Below, piece after piece: positions 25,345 through 39,325 of a stretch of DNA of 63,850 nucleotides. The notes beneath the pieces are model-generated. The model saw nothing but the letters and a program-made list of their open reading frames with translations. It made no database searches and was not told the DNA's origin. The DNA comes from Hydrolagus affinis. Lineage: Eukaryota. Position 1 is the stretch's first letter, and the number at the start of each line of letters is the position of its first letter. The translations under genes were made by a program, and so were the position numbers. Where the stretch lies: the NCBI GenBank assembly GCA_012026655.1, contig JAAILG010001639.1, positions 1 through 63,850 of the forward strand. The letters are read 5' to 3'.

Positions 25345-25465
25345 ACTAAGGCCCCAGGTTTGACCCACGCTCTGTGCTCAGTTAATTGAACTCAGCAACA
25401 GAGGTGTAAGTGGTTGCACAATTTACCTCAGCATCCAGGGTTAGGAAATGGAAAATCAGCTCTCC
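25345..25465 (+). mobile_element. AmnSINE2-like ancient SINE fragment (related pieces at 10981-11070(-) and 50945-51050(-))
   Basis: ggccccaggtttgacccacgctctgtgctcagttaattgaactcagc...acaatttacctcagcatccagggttaggaaatggaaaatcagc resembles my recollection of the AmnSINE2 consensus. Confidence 0.45.
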
Positions 25466-25514
25466 AGGAATATTTGCTGAATGTTCAGAACTGAAAGGCT
25501 CTAATGGCGGAAGG

Positions 25515-25574
25515 AAAAAAGGAATGAAGAACTTCGGAACAAAAAAAGGAATGAAGAACTTCGGAACAAAAAAA
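25515..25574 (+). repeat. Perfect tandem duplication of a 27-bp unit (aaaaaaaggaatgaagaacttcggaac)
   Basis: Two copies bounded by A-runs, read directly. Confidence 0.9.
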
Positions 25575-26600
25575 TTGAGCTAGAAAAATTCAAGGAGCCA
25601 AGATTCCAAACCAGCAGAACATTGAACCTGCTGGGCAATTAAAGCTGGGCATTTTGACTCATATATTTCTAAGTAGATGCAGTTTCAAGTAAAATATTAA
25701 TGTTGCATTGCTCTAACTTTGCATGTGTGGAAAAAAAAATGTTCAAGAGAGGCTGTCTGTTTGTCTATAAAGGAGTTAGGTGGTCCCTTCAGGTCATATG
25801 CTGAAAGGTCTTCTGCGACTTGTCTGATGAGGATCAGGCTGAAAATACTCTAGTGGAATCCCTTAAAAGGCACCATAAGGGGATCAGTGGCAGATGTATT
25901 CATCTGATATTACTGAAACATGCCCCTTTAAGTCTCCTGTGAGAACATTATTCCCAGTAGGGTATTGCTTTGTTTAAACTGGATATTGAATTACAAAAAA
26001 TATTTGTAAATGGTATCTCTGCCTCTTTTCACAATGGTTTATGTTGTTGATCATGCATTTTTAAGTAACAAAAATAAAGTGAGTCGTTTCCCAATCGAAG
26101 CGCTGAATAATTAACATTATTCAGCTTCCTAGAATTCCGCCGCAGTTTAATTTCTGGAAATGGAGACGCCCTGTGAAGATTTGGCATCAAATGTTATAGA
26201 ATTTGTACGTTCACCAATACGCAAATTTCCCAATGAAAGGAAACAATTTAACGGTACAGAATTGGAGAAAATTGAATTTAATGCATTTAGTTCAGTGTGT
26301 AGCCCGCAGGAAATCAGTTCACAATCTGATCATTGGTGAATGCTGTGTGGAGCAGTATTTATATAGGTGGAAGACTGAAAGTCTGACTTTCCTAATATTT
26401 TTATCACCTGGAAGTCTATTGCGCTTAAGAATCTCTAGTTCCAGCCATTGAAAACTGAGCAAAGCGGTTTCCCTTTGCCAGTTTTGGAGTGAACAACAAC
26501 AACTTGCATTTATACATCACCCCTCACAAGGGTAGTGTCGCAGAACACGTGATGATGAACAACCCCAAAGTGTGTATTTGGTTACTGCCAATTGGTGCGG

Positions 26601-26787
26601 TCAATCACGCACAGCAGTGTCCCACAAACAGTCGTGGATTGAAATGACCAATTTTATTATTGTTGTTTTTTTTTGAAGGGATTATTATAAGGCAAGTAAA
26701 AACTTGCCCAAGGTTTCGCCCTGACCTGCCTGGATTTGAACACATGCTTACAAGGCGAGTGCTCTAACCACTGAGCTACAGGATTCC
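26601..26787 (-). mobile_element. Young SINE, 5' half
   Basis: Head and part of the core. Confidence 0.85.
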
Positions 26788-29399
26788 ACTGCCTAAACAT
26801 ATATATGGCTTCGATCCTGGCAATATAATCTCGAAACAAAATATATGGCAGTGGACAAAGGTTCTATTTCTGAATGAATCTGTCTTCTTTGGCCAATATA
26901 TGGTTTTAAGGAGCTCAGTCAGAGTTTTACACACTTCTTGTTTAAGATACTCTATTGTTGGAGTTGGGATAATGATTTTGAGATGTCGCTATGAATCAGA
27001 ATCAGTGAACGTGTCAATAAGTGATAACAAGACAAAGTGAACTTTCTTTCGGCATTAGGTTATTTCTATTAAGTTTTTTCTAGTCCAGGTGTAATGCTCA
27101 TTCCACTTGTTGCTGTTGTTTTGCTGTAGTAGGGCACAGAGAAGCATAACACATAATGTGTTCACCATTATCATGAGTAAATGCATAAAACTTCATTGGC
27201 TCTTAAAATTGAGACTTTCACGTTCCAAAATATTTTCAATTCCCACATCATGAGGATTGAGCCTGTTTGCTGTTGGTCCAGAGAGAATATACAGAGGATG
27301 CATCACACTAGTCACTGGAAAACGGTCACTAATCCAAAATACTCCAATTGCTTAACCCATGACAGGGAAAATTATAAATACATGTGCTGGGTCAAACCAC
27401 CACGAAAAACGTACTCAGCATTTCGTATTGATTGCTTACCATGTATTCTGTATGTCAAATGTACAACAAAACTGAATCACAGGCATTTGGAAACAAAATC
27501 ACTGTCATTTCAGAAAAATGTTCCTGTTTAGATGTTACCTGGCTGTGCTAGACAATGGGTCAAAAAGGGTATTTATGCAGTGTATCGCCAGTAGCCAGGT
27601 ATAAACCCTTGTGACATGATGTATAATGCACCTCTCAGCTAGCTTTATTACAATTTTAACAATTCTATAAATACATGCGGGATGTTATTTTGCAGTCAAT
27701 TGCACCCTTCTTCCCACAAGATTACATCAAAAGTTTGTAAACTATTTACCCATCAGAGGATAATAAAATGTATATCACATGTAGTTCAATATAAATCAAA
27801 TTTGGAGACATCGTTTCGAAAACAAATTCACCAGTATTTAAAGAGTCATCATTTTAGGCATTGTTTCAAAGTTGATGAAACGAGCTTGTTGGAATACTTT
27901 CAGCCGTGAAAATCACATTCATTTCGATCTGCAAATGAGGCTGGGTGCACAATTTTTCCGTCTCGTGCTGTATTTTAAATGACTTATTTACAAATGCAGC
28001 TTTTTTTCAGTGGTTTTGTTCAGAGTTCTAGGGCCACTTAATTATGCAGCATGTTTATGGTGTTCATTTTGTGATTACATGGCTAAGAGGCTGTAAGCAG
28101 CAGATGCTCTGGGAGTCTTGAATGTACCAAGGTTATCCGATAGCTCCCCAGACTCACTTTTCAACCCCAGAAATAAGATGCATCTTTGATTTGCTCCTTG
28201 TAAACAGACAGAGGCAAATCTCATAGGACTGCTGTACAAGGCGACCTGGATCATTATACATACATAGTGGCATTTAAAATATGCTAACCCTCTAGTGTAC
28301 GGCAGAACATATAGATAGAAGCAGTTTATGTATACACCCAAACAATGATAACTTTAGAGCTACAAAAGTTATATTGCCCACAATGTTGAAAACTATGTCT
28401 GTCCTTGTTCATAAATCCATTGTTTAACAGTCAATATATGACTCCAATAATACGTTCATGAGGTGCTTCCTCACTTTTGGCCAGCTAGTTTGGGGATATT
28501 GCAATTGCTTATGTTTCAGATTGAACCTCTGGCTATTTTCCTTTCTATCCCGTTTTCATCCTGTTCTGAGCATTTGGCTTTCATATCCAGAACAGCAAAA
28601 TCAGATGGGGAAGGGTTATAATGAGCCGCTTACCTAAATGGTTCCTTAACGCTGTACTATTTGCAGCGATCTATCCAAGAGTTTTAATGGGGAGGAGAGA
28701 ATAGCATGATGCACACTGTCGCATTTATATTGCAGGGATAAAAATCGCTAAATGGCTGCACCACAGCCATAAATATACGGTTAAAATTAATTGAAATATT
28801 TTATGTAAGGCGCATGTTTTACTGGAGATGGATAATGAGGCTTATTGACTTTAGCTAGAGGTGTCAAATAAACAGAGGCACCTCTCAGTTCATAATGCAG
28901 TCCTGCCATTATTTTATGGGACTTTGAAGAACTTGCACGATATGGTTGACACCCTCCCAGCTCCAAAGAAGCAAAGAAGCTGAATTCCTGTGACAATTTG
29001 TGGCATCTAAAAGAGCATCAGTGCTCGCATATGAACTCGCAATACAAAGATTATAATGATAATTCTTACACTGATACAGCACCTTAACACCCACATCGAA
29101 ATATCTGAAAGAATTTATTGTAGAGTGTAGTGACTATGTATTTTGTATGTGAAAGGGGCAGCCAATTTGCACGCAGCAATGTCCCAAGAACAGCCATGCG
29201 GTGAGTAACCAATTTTACCGGGAGTACAGTTGACCAGGACATTGGGGATAAATCCCTTCTCTTTTCGAGTAGTTTTTTCTGGCAGATTCAGGTTTTAAAC
29301 ATCATATTTGGGTTAAAATCAGGTATTTATTGGTTAAATTTGATATATTTAAAAAAATCTTTAATTGTCCTTGTAGATCGTGTACATCGATACACTAAT

Positions 29400-31200
29400 A
29401 CGTGAGCATTATTTGGAAATACCACCGTATTTTCCTAAGGCATTACTGCAGTGGATTGTTCTGTCCATGCAGCTATATGTATTTTTAAATGTATTATATG
29501 GTCAGATGAATCATACTTTAATTGGCTTTGATGAATGCAATTGTTTGTAATAATCTCCTTGTCATGGTAGAAGATTGTCAAATTTGATGAATGGGGTACA
29601 TTTTAATTTTTAAATGATGCTTTATTATGGGGCTTTATTAAGTCCAATCATAAGAAGCAAATACAGAGTACAGATATTAAAGATCCGGACAATTCGTGGA
29701 TGACCTTTTCTTTGCCTTTCACTGGGAAAACAAGGACACTGATGAATCAGTAAAGCTAGCAGTGCTGTTTTGGAAGAATCACTAGCTGTTAATGCAGGCA
29801 CTGCTGGTAGACAGTCTGCCTCCAGTCTGTAATTTCAAATCAGTGCGGTGGACTAATGTGCCAGGATAGTGAGCATTGTGGGGAGCAGCAATAGAGGTAA
29901 GATGTCATGTCAGTCTGTTGGCTAACAATTAAATGTGGCACCTCAAGCAGATCAATTTGATTTAATGTTTTTTTTTATCTGCAGCACCAGGGAGCTGTGT
30001 ATTCCTCACTAATGCAAAACCCATAGGTCATTTCTACTGACCTGTACCACTTTCCTCTTCTTCTCTAACAAAACCCCTCTTCCCCCTTCTCCGCCTTTTT
30101 ACCAAGTGGACGCTGAGATGGTTCGGAAGAAATGAGCCACGATAATAAAGCAGCACTTGAAATATCAACATCTCGGCCTAATTAGAGTCAGCCTAATGGT
30201 CGCTAATTGTGGATCTGAAATGTACCAGTTGAGTTCCTTCCAGGGTAACTTGACTACACATCTTTGTGGTGATTAATGCAGCCTGAGCAGCAAACTAAAA
30301 TACAGTTCACATATTGAATGTTCTATCAGGTGTGTGTGTGTAAGAAAAAAGGAAACCAGGAATTATTAGCCTCTGGTTGCTGCAGATACATTTCATCTAT
30401 GACTCACAGCAGATTCCTCACAGATTAAGCTTGTTAATTTTACTTACAGCCAACATTCTTCACTACGTTGCTAAAGCTCAAGCCACGCTTTACTACTCAC
30501 TGCTGAAATGGACCAGATGAAAAGAGCGTGGTTCTGGACCACAGTTGTATTAACTAATTTATCCTTTTAATTCATCTAATTACCAGGGCAGGAGAAAAAG
30601 ACCATTTGCAGAAAGTGTGCGGCTGCTTTTACGGCAACGGTGCCAGAGCTGTTGCTTTGTGGGTTTTGTTCTACCATTCAGGCCTTTTGTTCAGCGAAAA
30701 GGTTAAAGTCATTTTCAGCATAGAGGAAGATGAAACATTTTCAATAAGGACACAATGTACTTGTTTAAATTACCTATCACAAAAGGGGAAGCCCGTTAAT
30801 GGCGGTGGAGGGAAAGTAGATTCGTTTTTTTATTGTAAAAGTTGGTACTTTGAAGATCTTTTGCCTTAATAGCAGACTTCTATCATTTTTGTATTATGAA
30901 TCCATTAGCTGCGGCATTTAGTGCACCCGGGTTATGCAGCAATTTGGTTTTAATTTAATATGTTTGTATTTCAGATATACCTGTGTAATAGACATCCAAT
31001 TCTATTTGTTAAAATACGAATTCAGATTTCTCCCGCCTCCCCTCTAAACAAAGCCCCCTGAAATCAGCAGTTTGACACTTATAACAAGCACAGCAATTTG
31101 AAAACCCCATGTACTCTTTAAAAGGGTTCATGTAAATTGATGTGATCTGCCACACCTCTCCTCATTTCCAATGAAAATAACCACATCTTTCCAATAATCA
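29400..31200. promoter_or_regulatory. Candidate conserved non-coding element cluster
   Basis: About 1.8 kb with no recognisable transposon in a window that is otherwise densely interrupted. Rich in TAATTA/TAATG/TGATTTAAT/TGATTAAT motifs. Confidence 0.4.
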
Positions 31201-33639
31201 CATTGTCCCCCACCAACTGGTAGGAATATCACAGTGCTTTGCATTCTTCAGGGTTCTGGCCACTGTCACACTCTCTGGGACGCTTCCCTGCGTGACGGGT
31301 GCTGTATAAATGCAAGTTGTTGTTGTATCAGGTAAACAGTAAGTGGGATTCACGAAATGTAGTTCCACCATTCAAGCACCTGAAAAGTGATAGACGTTTA
31401 CGCTCAATGTTCATCCGTTAACTGTGGAATGAATCCACCGGTAAATCCACTTAAGTAATGCATAGACGAGTGAGATGGGATGTCCTTCCGACGTGAAAGG
31501 CGCTCTACAAATGTCATTTTGTTGTCGTTGTTGGATCCGGCCCATGTCATGGGTGTTTTTTTTGCCAATCCAAAGAATTTTGTCCAACTTTATGATAGTA
31601 ACAAAAATAAGCATTGTTGCTCTTCATGTAGCACCTTTTACATTGGGGGAATGTTTCAAAGTGCTTTTGCAGGATTTGCTGGAAAATGCAGTGACTGTAT
31701 TTTGTAGGTAACATCCCATTTGTCGAGACTCTATTGGGAAATGGTACAGCTCCAAAGAGATATACAGTACAGTATGGTAATATTTACTGGCCAATATTTA
31801 AATATAAAAAGAAAAGTTAAAAAATAGAAACTTAAAATTGTACAGCAGGTCAATTATCATTTGAAAAATAAATACAGTACATGTTAAACATTTGGGGTGA
31901 GATCCTTCATCGGTATATAATTGCAATAATAATAATAATCCTTGCATTTGATATAGCGTCTGATCACATCTTCAAGACATCTCACATGTGACAGCAAGTA
32001 ATCTACCTGGTGCTCTAATGCCCTACACACAAGGTTCACCTAGGGAATCTGTCCTTTCCTTCATCAATCTGGATAGAATTCAAACCCATTCAAAATCAGA
32101 GCGAATGAGACCAGTGAGTTACTGTGCCACTCAGTCCCCTGAACTGCCATGTATTTTAATAACTTTTGAAATTAGTTTACGATTTTAGTTCCTTGACTCA
32201 TTCATTGACATCATAAATTCTAGAAAAATGTGAATAAATGTTTATAGGGCTATCAAAGCAGCCTCGGTGTAGAATATCGGAAACAAACAGTTATTTTCTG
32301 TCTAGCTTATTTTTACAGTTTTTATATATCTTGTAATATTTATAGTGCCAAGGCATCAAATAACTAAAAATTGAATTTATACCCACATGCCTAGTGTATT
32401 TAGAGCCTTGACAAAAGAAATGCCCAATACCTCCAGTTAAATAATTTAAGCAAGTTGAAAACTTGTATTAATCACCCTCACTCTAATTATTATTCTGTTC
32501 ACAACTTCCAAGTAGCATGATTTAAAATCTCTAAAATCATTCACTTTCAAGTCAATTGAAAATAAACCTCGGCCGAGACTTGAGATGCAACCAAATGTAA
32601 ACATGAATTAACAACAACAACATATTTCATTTATATAGCGTCCTTCACGTCGGGAGGACATCCCAAGGCGCTAACCACTAAACCACTAAGTAAACCGAAG
32701 ACTAACTTTATGAGAGAATTTTAATGGATAACTGAGAATCTGGATCCACACAGCTCTGTAAAATGAATGTTAATTTGTGAGTTGATCGATCTACAGCTGC
32801 ATTGTTTTGCCACCACAGATACAAGGAGTCCATCAGCATGTGTGAGAGCAATGATATAAACTCCCTCTTAATACAGCATTGTATGGGGTTGCCTTATAAT
32901 AACGGTTCGGGTCCCAAATCATTGCAAACCTCATACAAGCTCCTGTCATTTTGCACTAGGCATTCGGTCTCTGCTTCCATTAACTTCCACACAAATGGCT
33001 TGTTGAAATGTATATTACGTCATAAGCAGGCTTTAAAGTACATTTGCGACCCAAAGAGCTTATTCAATGTATTTGTTGCTAAGCACAAATGCTGGTATTT
33101 CTTAAAAATAAAGCAGAGTATCTTCATATTTCATATCTCAAGAGGTCAGAATGGTAATCAGAGTAAAAGATTTATCCCCAAACCTCCCTGCAATCCTCTT
33201 GAAAAACACCTCAATGTTCACTTATCATAAAAGGTGGCAAATTTTCAGTTTACTCAGAAATACAAAATAATATACTTGGTGTACTTAACCTCTGCTTTTC
33301 TGTTTTTATGTGTTTCAAAGCACATCTGCGATTGTTGGAAAGATATCATTTGATAATCAAATCCCTTTCATCCTTTTTTTCAGTGAAATGATTTCAGCCC
33401 ACTTAAGTTATTTTAGATTACGATACTTTAACGCAAGCCAACAGTCAGAGATTGGGTTCATTCATGAAGATCAGTTATAGATCATGTACATTCTGGTTGT
33501 TGTTTCTAATTTTGGTACCCGATGGTATGTGGAAACCTGTCATCATTACTTAAAAGTATCCTGTATTGATTCAGAACCATCGCAGGTAAAATACTTCATT
33601 GTATATCATATAGAATTATAAAAACTACACTATATGAAA

Positions 33640-34160
33640 TTAGCAATTCAGGCCAAATAGTCCACTCCAGTATTTATACTCCACATATGCCTCCCTCCCT
33701 CCTAATCCACTCTCCCCACATCACTCTATTCCCTTCTCCCTTATGCATGCATTGAATTTCATCTTAATCTATCGATGCTTTCTGCTTGGATCACAGCTTC
33801 CAGCAATGAGTTTCACATTCTCTCCACCCTCTGTGTAAAGGAGTTCCTCCCTTTTAGATCTGCTAATGGCTGTGTTATATTTATGTCCCTGTTGTTGAAC
33901 TCACCAAGTGGAAATAGCCTATGAAATCCTTTACACCTCTACTGGGTTCCATCATCTCCAAAGAGAACATTTATAATCTGTCCAATCTTTCTTGATAACT
34001 GTATCATCTGGTCCCTGATAGCATCCTAATAAATCTATGGTGCACCATCTCCATTGCTACAAAAACCTATAGTATTGCAAGTAGAACTGCTCACAGTACT
34101 CCAAATGTATTCTCACTGAAGTTTTATATCATTTAACATTACGTTGCTACTTAATTCCTC
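33640..34160 (-). mobile_element. Old, diverged CR1 LINE 3' fragment
   Basis: ttccagcaatgagtttcacattctctccaccctctgtgtaaag is the reverse complement of an 'FTQRVxRMWN.L' motif. Also gtagaactgctcacagtactccaaatg (reverse complement of 'HLEYCEQF'). Confidence 0.65.
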
Positions 34161-36634
34161 TGAACATACAACCATAACGGACATTTTAGTAACAATATTT
34201 ACCAAACGGCCCTTACAACATTTTCTATTTGTTGCAAAACACTAGAGATTTCCTTTGCCAATATAAATAAAAATTGCTTTCCATTTTTAAATGGCAAATT
34301 GATTAACTAAGTGAAGATACAATAAGTATATGTTGGATCAAAATAATTTTGTATTCTTTTTTCCTTCAGTTCAGAAACTACAGCTTTGGGTTGTGAAATC
34401 AGACAATTGGTAAGGTTAGCATATTATTTTAGTTTCTAAATGCAGTTCAGCCTGGTGCAGTGTTTCGTCAATTTGTTTGGCCCACTGAATATTGTACGCA
34501 GCAGATAGAAATAAAAGAAAAATCAATGAGCCTTCGTGAGGGCAGCAGGCAGTTGGGGCCAGTGCTCTGGCTTAATTACAGTTTCAGTAGCATTTGCGTT
34601 AATTGGAAAGAATAAAGAGACTGAAGTGGAGGGAATGAAGAAATTAGCATATCTATCACTGTCATCACTCCTTACTGTGGCCTGAACGCACAGCATTTGC
34701 GTTGAAACCCAAAAGGTTTTTAGTGCATCCGAAAAAGATTGGAACACTGCGAGGCAATTTTGCAAATAATCAGATCGGAAACCATTTTAAAGCAAATGAG
34801 AAGAGGTCCAATATTCTGTACACATCTTTCTTTTTATCAGTTTGTCCGAGCGTAGAGTTTGATTAATGGTAGTATAATATTGCAGGGCTATAATTGAAAG
34901 ACCATTTTGAGGGTGCTTCTTGTTATTATTGCTGCTTATCCTGCTGGGTTATGCTGATTAGCATTTAAAACCCTTAGATGTATTTTTAATTCTCGCACGC
35001 AAGAAGACGCGTGGCAGTCACATTCATTCATCAGCTTTTGCCAAATCACATCTGTCTCCGCAGCAGACCAGCAGCGGTGAGTGAACTTGTGCTCCAGATA
35101 CAATCTTTTGAATGGGTTGGATCATTACTTGGAAACATTCTCGTCTGTTCCAGATGTGGTATACAAGTGTAATTTTGTTGTTGTTGTTGTTGCTACATAT
35201 TCACCACAAAAAAAACAGCTGGCTATTTAGTATGAAGCATTCTGCGATTGCAATTATTCAGGCTTTGACAACCACTAGTGTAGAAAATAACCGAGTAACA
35301 AGTTTGCACAACTACTGTATGTTTGTGTCAGCCACTGGGAGGGTTTTTAGTTTTGCCATGGCCTTGTACAATTGCGGCTTTTAGTCATTTTTAATAGGAT
35401 TTGTAGACAAAACGGTCTTTTGCTGTGATGGTTCTGAATCAATACAAGCAAATCCCAGTAAAACTGTGTGCGGCTTAGTAACATTGATTACAGTTCATGT
35501 ATAAATATTGTTACTGCAGTACGTCACCCTCAGCAAGATAAGCTTCCGAAATCCCATTGAAAAGAATGGAAAATCATGTAATTATTGACTAGAGACTAAT
35601 ATTGTGTTGTTGTTCTTATAACGACACATGACAAGTGCCAATTTATGTACCAACGTACTAAGTTAACATAATTTCTTATCGTATGTAAAGAGCTATAGGT
35701 ACAGTAGACAGGCAAGGAGACAGGGATATAACATCTGCAGATGCAATAGTACAGTACATTGCTATGTTGCAGGCTGCAGATAGTCTATAATTTGGTACTG
35801 AAATGGTTGATTTATAATTTGTACCATTACCATCTGTTGTAGTTATGTGAAATTGCAGTTAAACCAGTTAGTAAACACTTTGCTCTGTTGTCTGTTGTTT
35901 TGATAATCACTGATAATAACATCCAGCATCAATAAGGTCTTTAAATCTGATTTGGGAGTTAATGGAATAAGAGGAGGCAGTCAGTATATGCACCAGGGTA
36001 ATGTCATTAGGAATGTTTGTGAGGAGCAAATTAAATCAGTCGTAAATTGTACTCTCAAGTCAGGCAGAAAACCAGCCCCATTCAGAAGAGGAGCTTAATA
36101 TTTTTAACCTCTTGCAGAAAACGCACTTAAACAGATTAAAATAAAAGAGGGACCTTGTCGTCGGATATAAATGGTAATTGCCTAAGCCCTGTTGATTTCC
36201 TGTTAACTACGTCATACTGTAGTTTCAATCCAACCTGTGACCAAGGTCAGTGCATTGACAAACGATTGTTCACTGAAGGATTAAATTGAACTTTCCAATG
36301 ACAACTAGAAGTTTGAGAGTATTCAAAGATATGTAAATAGAATTCTTATTAGCTTAGATTTTTTTTGTTCCACTCTGGGTCAACTCATCTGATAGACACA
36401 AGTGATTTGTGGATTTAAACCATACCCTGCCAGGGTAACAGCAGCAAATGAAATGTGGACTTTCCTCTGCATCCAGTACAGATTGACAACCATTCCGTTT
36501 AGAGACCGCATGCTTCCAGGTTCAGAACCGTGGGTTCCTTAAATGCTGCATTCCTAATGGGATGATCAGGACAGACTCAAAGCAGGTCACACTCACTTCC
36601 ACAGGGAAAGACAAACGAAGAACATTACGTTTAT

Positions 36635-36790
36635 AACAACAACAAGTTGGATTTATATAGCGCCCTCCACGCCAGGCGGCGTCTCAGAGCGCTTCACAAT
36701 AGCGGATCCCGGGACCGAGCTAGTGGGAGGTGGCAAAAGGTGACCAAAGGCGCAGTCACAAAGAAAAGTCTTTAGGCGCGACCTGAAAAT
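36635..36790 (-). mobile_element. L2-clade LINE 3' end, family B
   Basis: acaacaacaacaagttggatttatatagcgccctccacgccaggcggcgtctcagagcgcttcacaat is the reverse complement of the family-B tail. Confidence 0.7.
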
Positions 36791-37699
36791 ACTTTAAATA
36801 ATCATGGGCAAAATAATAATAATAATAATCTCTGCATTTGGTAAAGCACTTTTCTGGTTAAGAGGACATCCCCAAATGCCTCAAAGGATAGACTGTTAAG
36901 TGTAGTGACTGTTTTTTGGACGAATTGCTAGGAGCGAGGCCACTTCTCTCACAACAATGCAGTGATGTCCAGGGATACGGGGCAAGGGCAGATATTTTGA
37001 GTTGAAGTACAGATCAGCCATGACCTGATAGAATTGCAGGAGAGGCTTGAGGGTCTGAATGGCCTCCTCCTGTTTCTATTGTTTGCATTTGGGAACCCTC
37101 AGGGTTAGCGGATCAGATCTACATTTATGCGTATATATTTTTTAGAATATTTAAACCTCTGCCTTCCATTCACCCCCAATAGATCTCCCCACAGACAGAG
37201 AGACCTGAGTTATCTGGCTCGTTGAAACCTTCAGTCAATGAACTGATCTCAGGGGGAACTATTGATTGCTGAAGCCATTTGTATGGTTAAGTAAAAGAGC
37301 TTTCACAACAAGGACAGCTTCCAGCTACCTTTTTGAGGCAGATTGAAATGCAGTGGAAACACCTGGAGCTTGAGTGAGCACTGGAGAAGGAAACCAACTA
37401 AAATAGATGCTGCTTTCATCTGGGGTGTGACCACTTCATAAAATGGCAGTGAGACAATAGGTTGGTAAATTGTTGGTGTCATAGGTGCAGGGAATTGACA
37501 CTATTTCCCCTCGCGATCCTGCCATCAAACTGACCCAGTCCACAGGCCAGAGACTATTCTTAGAAATTGCGCCTCTACAGTTAGGGATGGAGCAGTTACC
37601 AAACTGACACTGGTAGTCACAGAATCCCTTTTTTTTTAAAAAATTGACATACTAAGCTCAAGGCTATTGAGAGCAGAAAAGCTCAGACAGTGCATCTAT

Positions 37700-38110
37700 T
37701 GTTAATGTGGTAATTATAGAACAGGAGAGCGTAATTGAGAAGAGGTTTCAGTGGAGCCCTGCCCAGTTTGACTCTGCTCAGACCAGTAGGCCTACCAAGA
37801 GAGGGGGTCGTGGGTTTCCATGTCATAAATTTGTCAGCTTTCTGGCACCTTTGTTGCACTGCTGCCACATCCCTGGTGCTGACTGACAGCCTGTCAGGCT
37901 GAGGAATCACCGGGCTGCTTTGAGATGTTCCTCTGACAAGCCCCCTATTGTCGTCGGTCCTCTCCTGGTAGAGGGAGACAGTGCGGAGAAAAATGCTTCC
38001 CTCCGAGGCTGATAGAACGTCCGCTGTCAAAGCAGAAACAGGGCAGCTTTTGACTCAACTTTAATCACTACATCAGGAAAATGAAAAGAACTCGCCTCTA
38101 ATATTGACAG
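37700..38110. promoter_or_regulatory. Candidate conserved non-coding enhancer
   Basis: Repeat-free and GC-elevated, with no credible exon. Contains TGACAG/CTGTCA sites, GTCATAAA, CCTTTGTT and CTATTGTC motifs. Confidence 0.45.
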
Positions 38111-38607
38111 AACCTATTATGTTACTGACCGAGGTGTGAGATCAGTATTCCGCATCAATTGAAAGAGAATTGGCACCTTACGAGCGTAGAAGGCAGAAGA
38201 GGAAAGTCTTGCATTCCACAAGATATGGCACATTGCCTTTAATTCCACAGATTTTCTATGGTTTGTTCTGTAATGCCTTGCAGCAAATACCAGTTAACTT
38301 CAAAGGCCAAATTCAACCTTTGTAATGTTAGCTTTTTTTTATACACAAATTTGTGGTTAATCACCAAATGTCTTTTTGCAAGGACATATTGCGTTTGTTT
38401 TGGATGATACAGAAGTAATGTGATACCCCTCGTAGTTGGCAGGAAAGTTTACTTCTATCAGTGTATCCCGTAAATTGTTTAATTGTGATTTGTGTTGCGT
38501 GGGCACTTTTTGATCCGCTTTCCGAACTGTAATTTTTTTTTCAATAATGCATCTTTGAGACCTACATGCAAACAAGATGTAGTTTAACTGTTTCCAATTA
38601 AGAAGCC

Positions 38608-38888
38608 TTAGGAAAGTTTCCTTACTCCACACTGTTTACCTAGCAGTAAATAGGAACCAGGTTGTTCGTCGATTGGCAGGTCGCTTTTCTGGAGATAATA
38701 TTCGCTTTTTAAAAAAATATATAGTAATTTTGTTCCTCCATCCACGAATGTTTGTGAGACACTGCTGTGCGCAATTGGCTCCCGCGTTTTGACCACCAAT
38801 TCATTTTGCAGTGTATATTGTGAAGCACTTTGAGACGTCTTGAAGACGTGGTATGGTGCTTTACCAAATGCAAGGATTATTATTATTG
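38608..38888 (+). mobile_element. SINE, long form, 5'-truncated
   Basis: aagtttccttactccacactgtttacctagcagtaaataggaaccagg...; tail present. Confidence 0.85.
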
Positions 38889-39074
38889 TTTTCAGTATTG
38901 TCAAGAATCTACAGATATAGCAGAAGAGATTGGCTGTGAGAAATCTATGAAGGGAGGAAGCAGGTTTACCAAGTATAGTTGCGAGGGTGGCTTAATCTAG
39001 CAGCTCGTGTGAACTGTAATGTTTCCTTTTGAAGGAAACTAACTGGTTGGCGTGCAACGTTACTTCAATGGACA

Positions 39075-39245
39075 GAATTAGAATCCTAGAATTGCACTGC
39101 ATAGAAGGACGCCATTTGGCCCATCGGGTCTGTGTCGGCTCTTTGAAGAGCTGTAGAAATCAATGCCACTCCCCCGCCCTCTTCCCATAGCCCTAGCTAT
39201 CTGTTAAACGTTGTTACTGAATCGGCTTCCATCACTCTTTCAGGC
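39075..39245 (-). mobile_element. CR1 3'UTR fragment
   Basis: gcatagaaggacgccatttggcccatcgggtctgtgtcggctctttgaagagc. Plus-strand relatives at 8760-8855, 36975-37085 and 42670-42740. Confidence 0.6.
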
Positions 39246-39289
39246 ACAAATTTCAGAACGACAAAGTTTGGGGGCGTAGTGACTTATTC

Positions 39290-39325
39290 CACACACACAT
39301 ACACACACACACCACACACACACAC
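39290..39325 (+). repeat. Imperfect (CA)n microsatellite
   Basis: Read directly. Confidence 0.85.

Noticed and set aside
37683-38030. 115-aa minus-strand ORF as a nested gene
   Set aside because: Non-ATG start, no recognisable domain and no partner exons. Better explained as a GC-elevated non-coding element.
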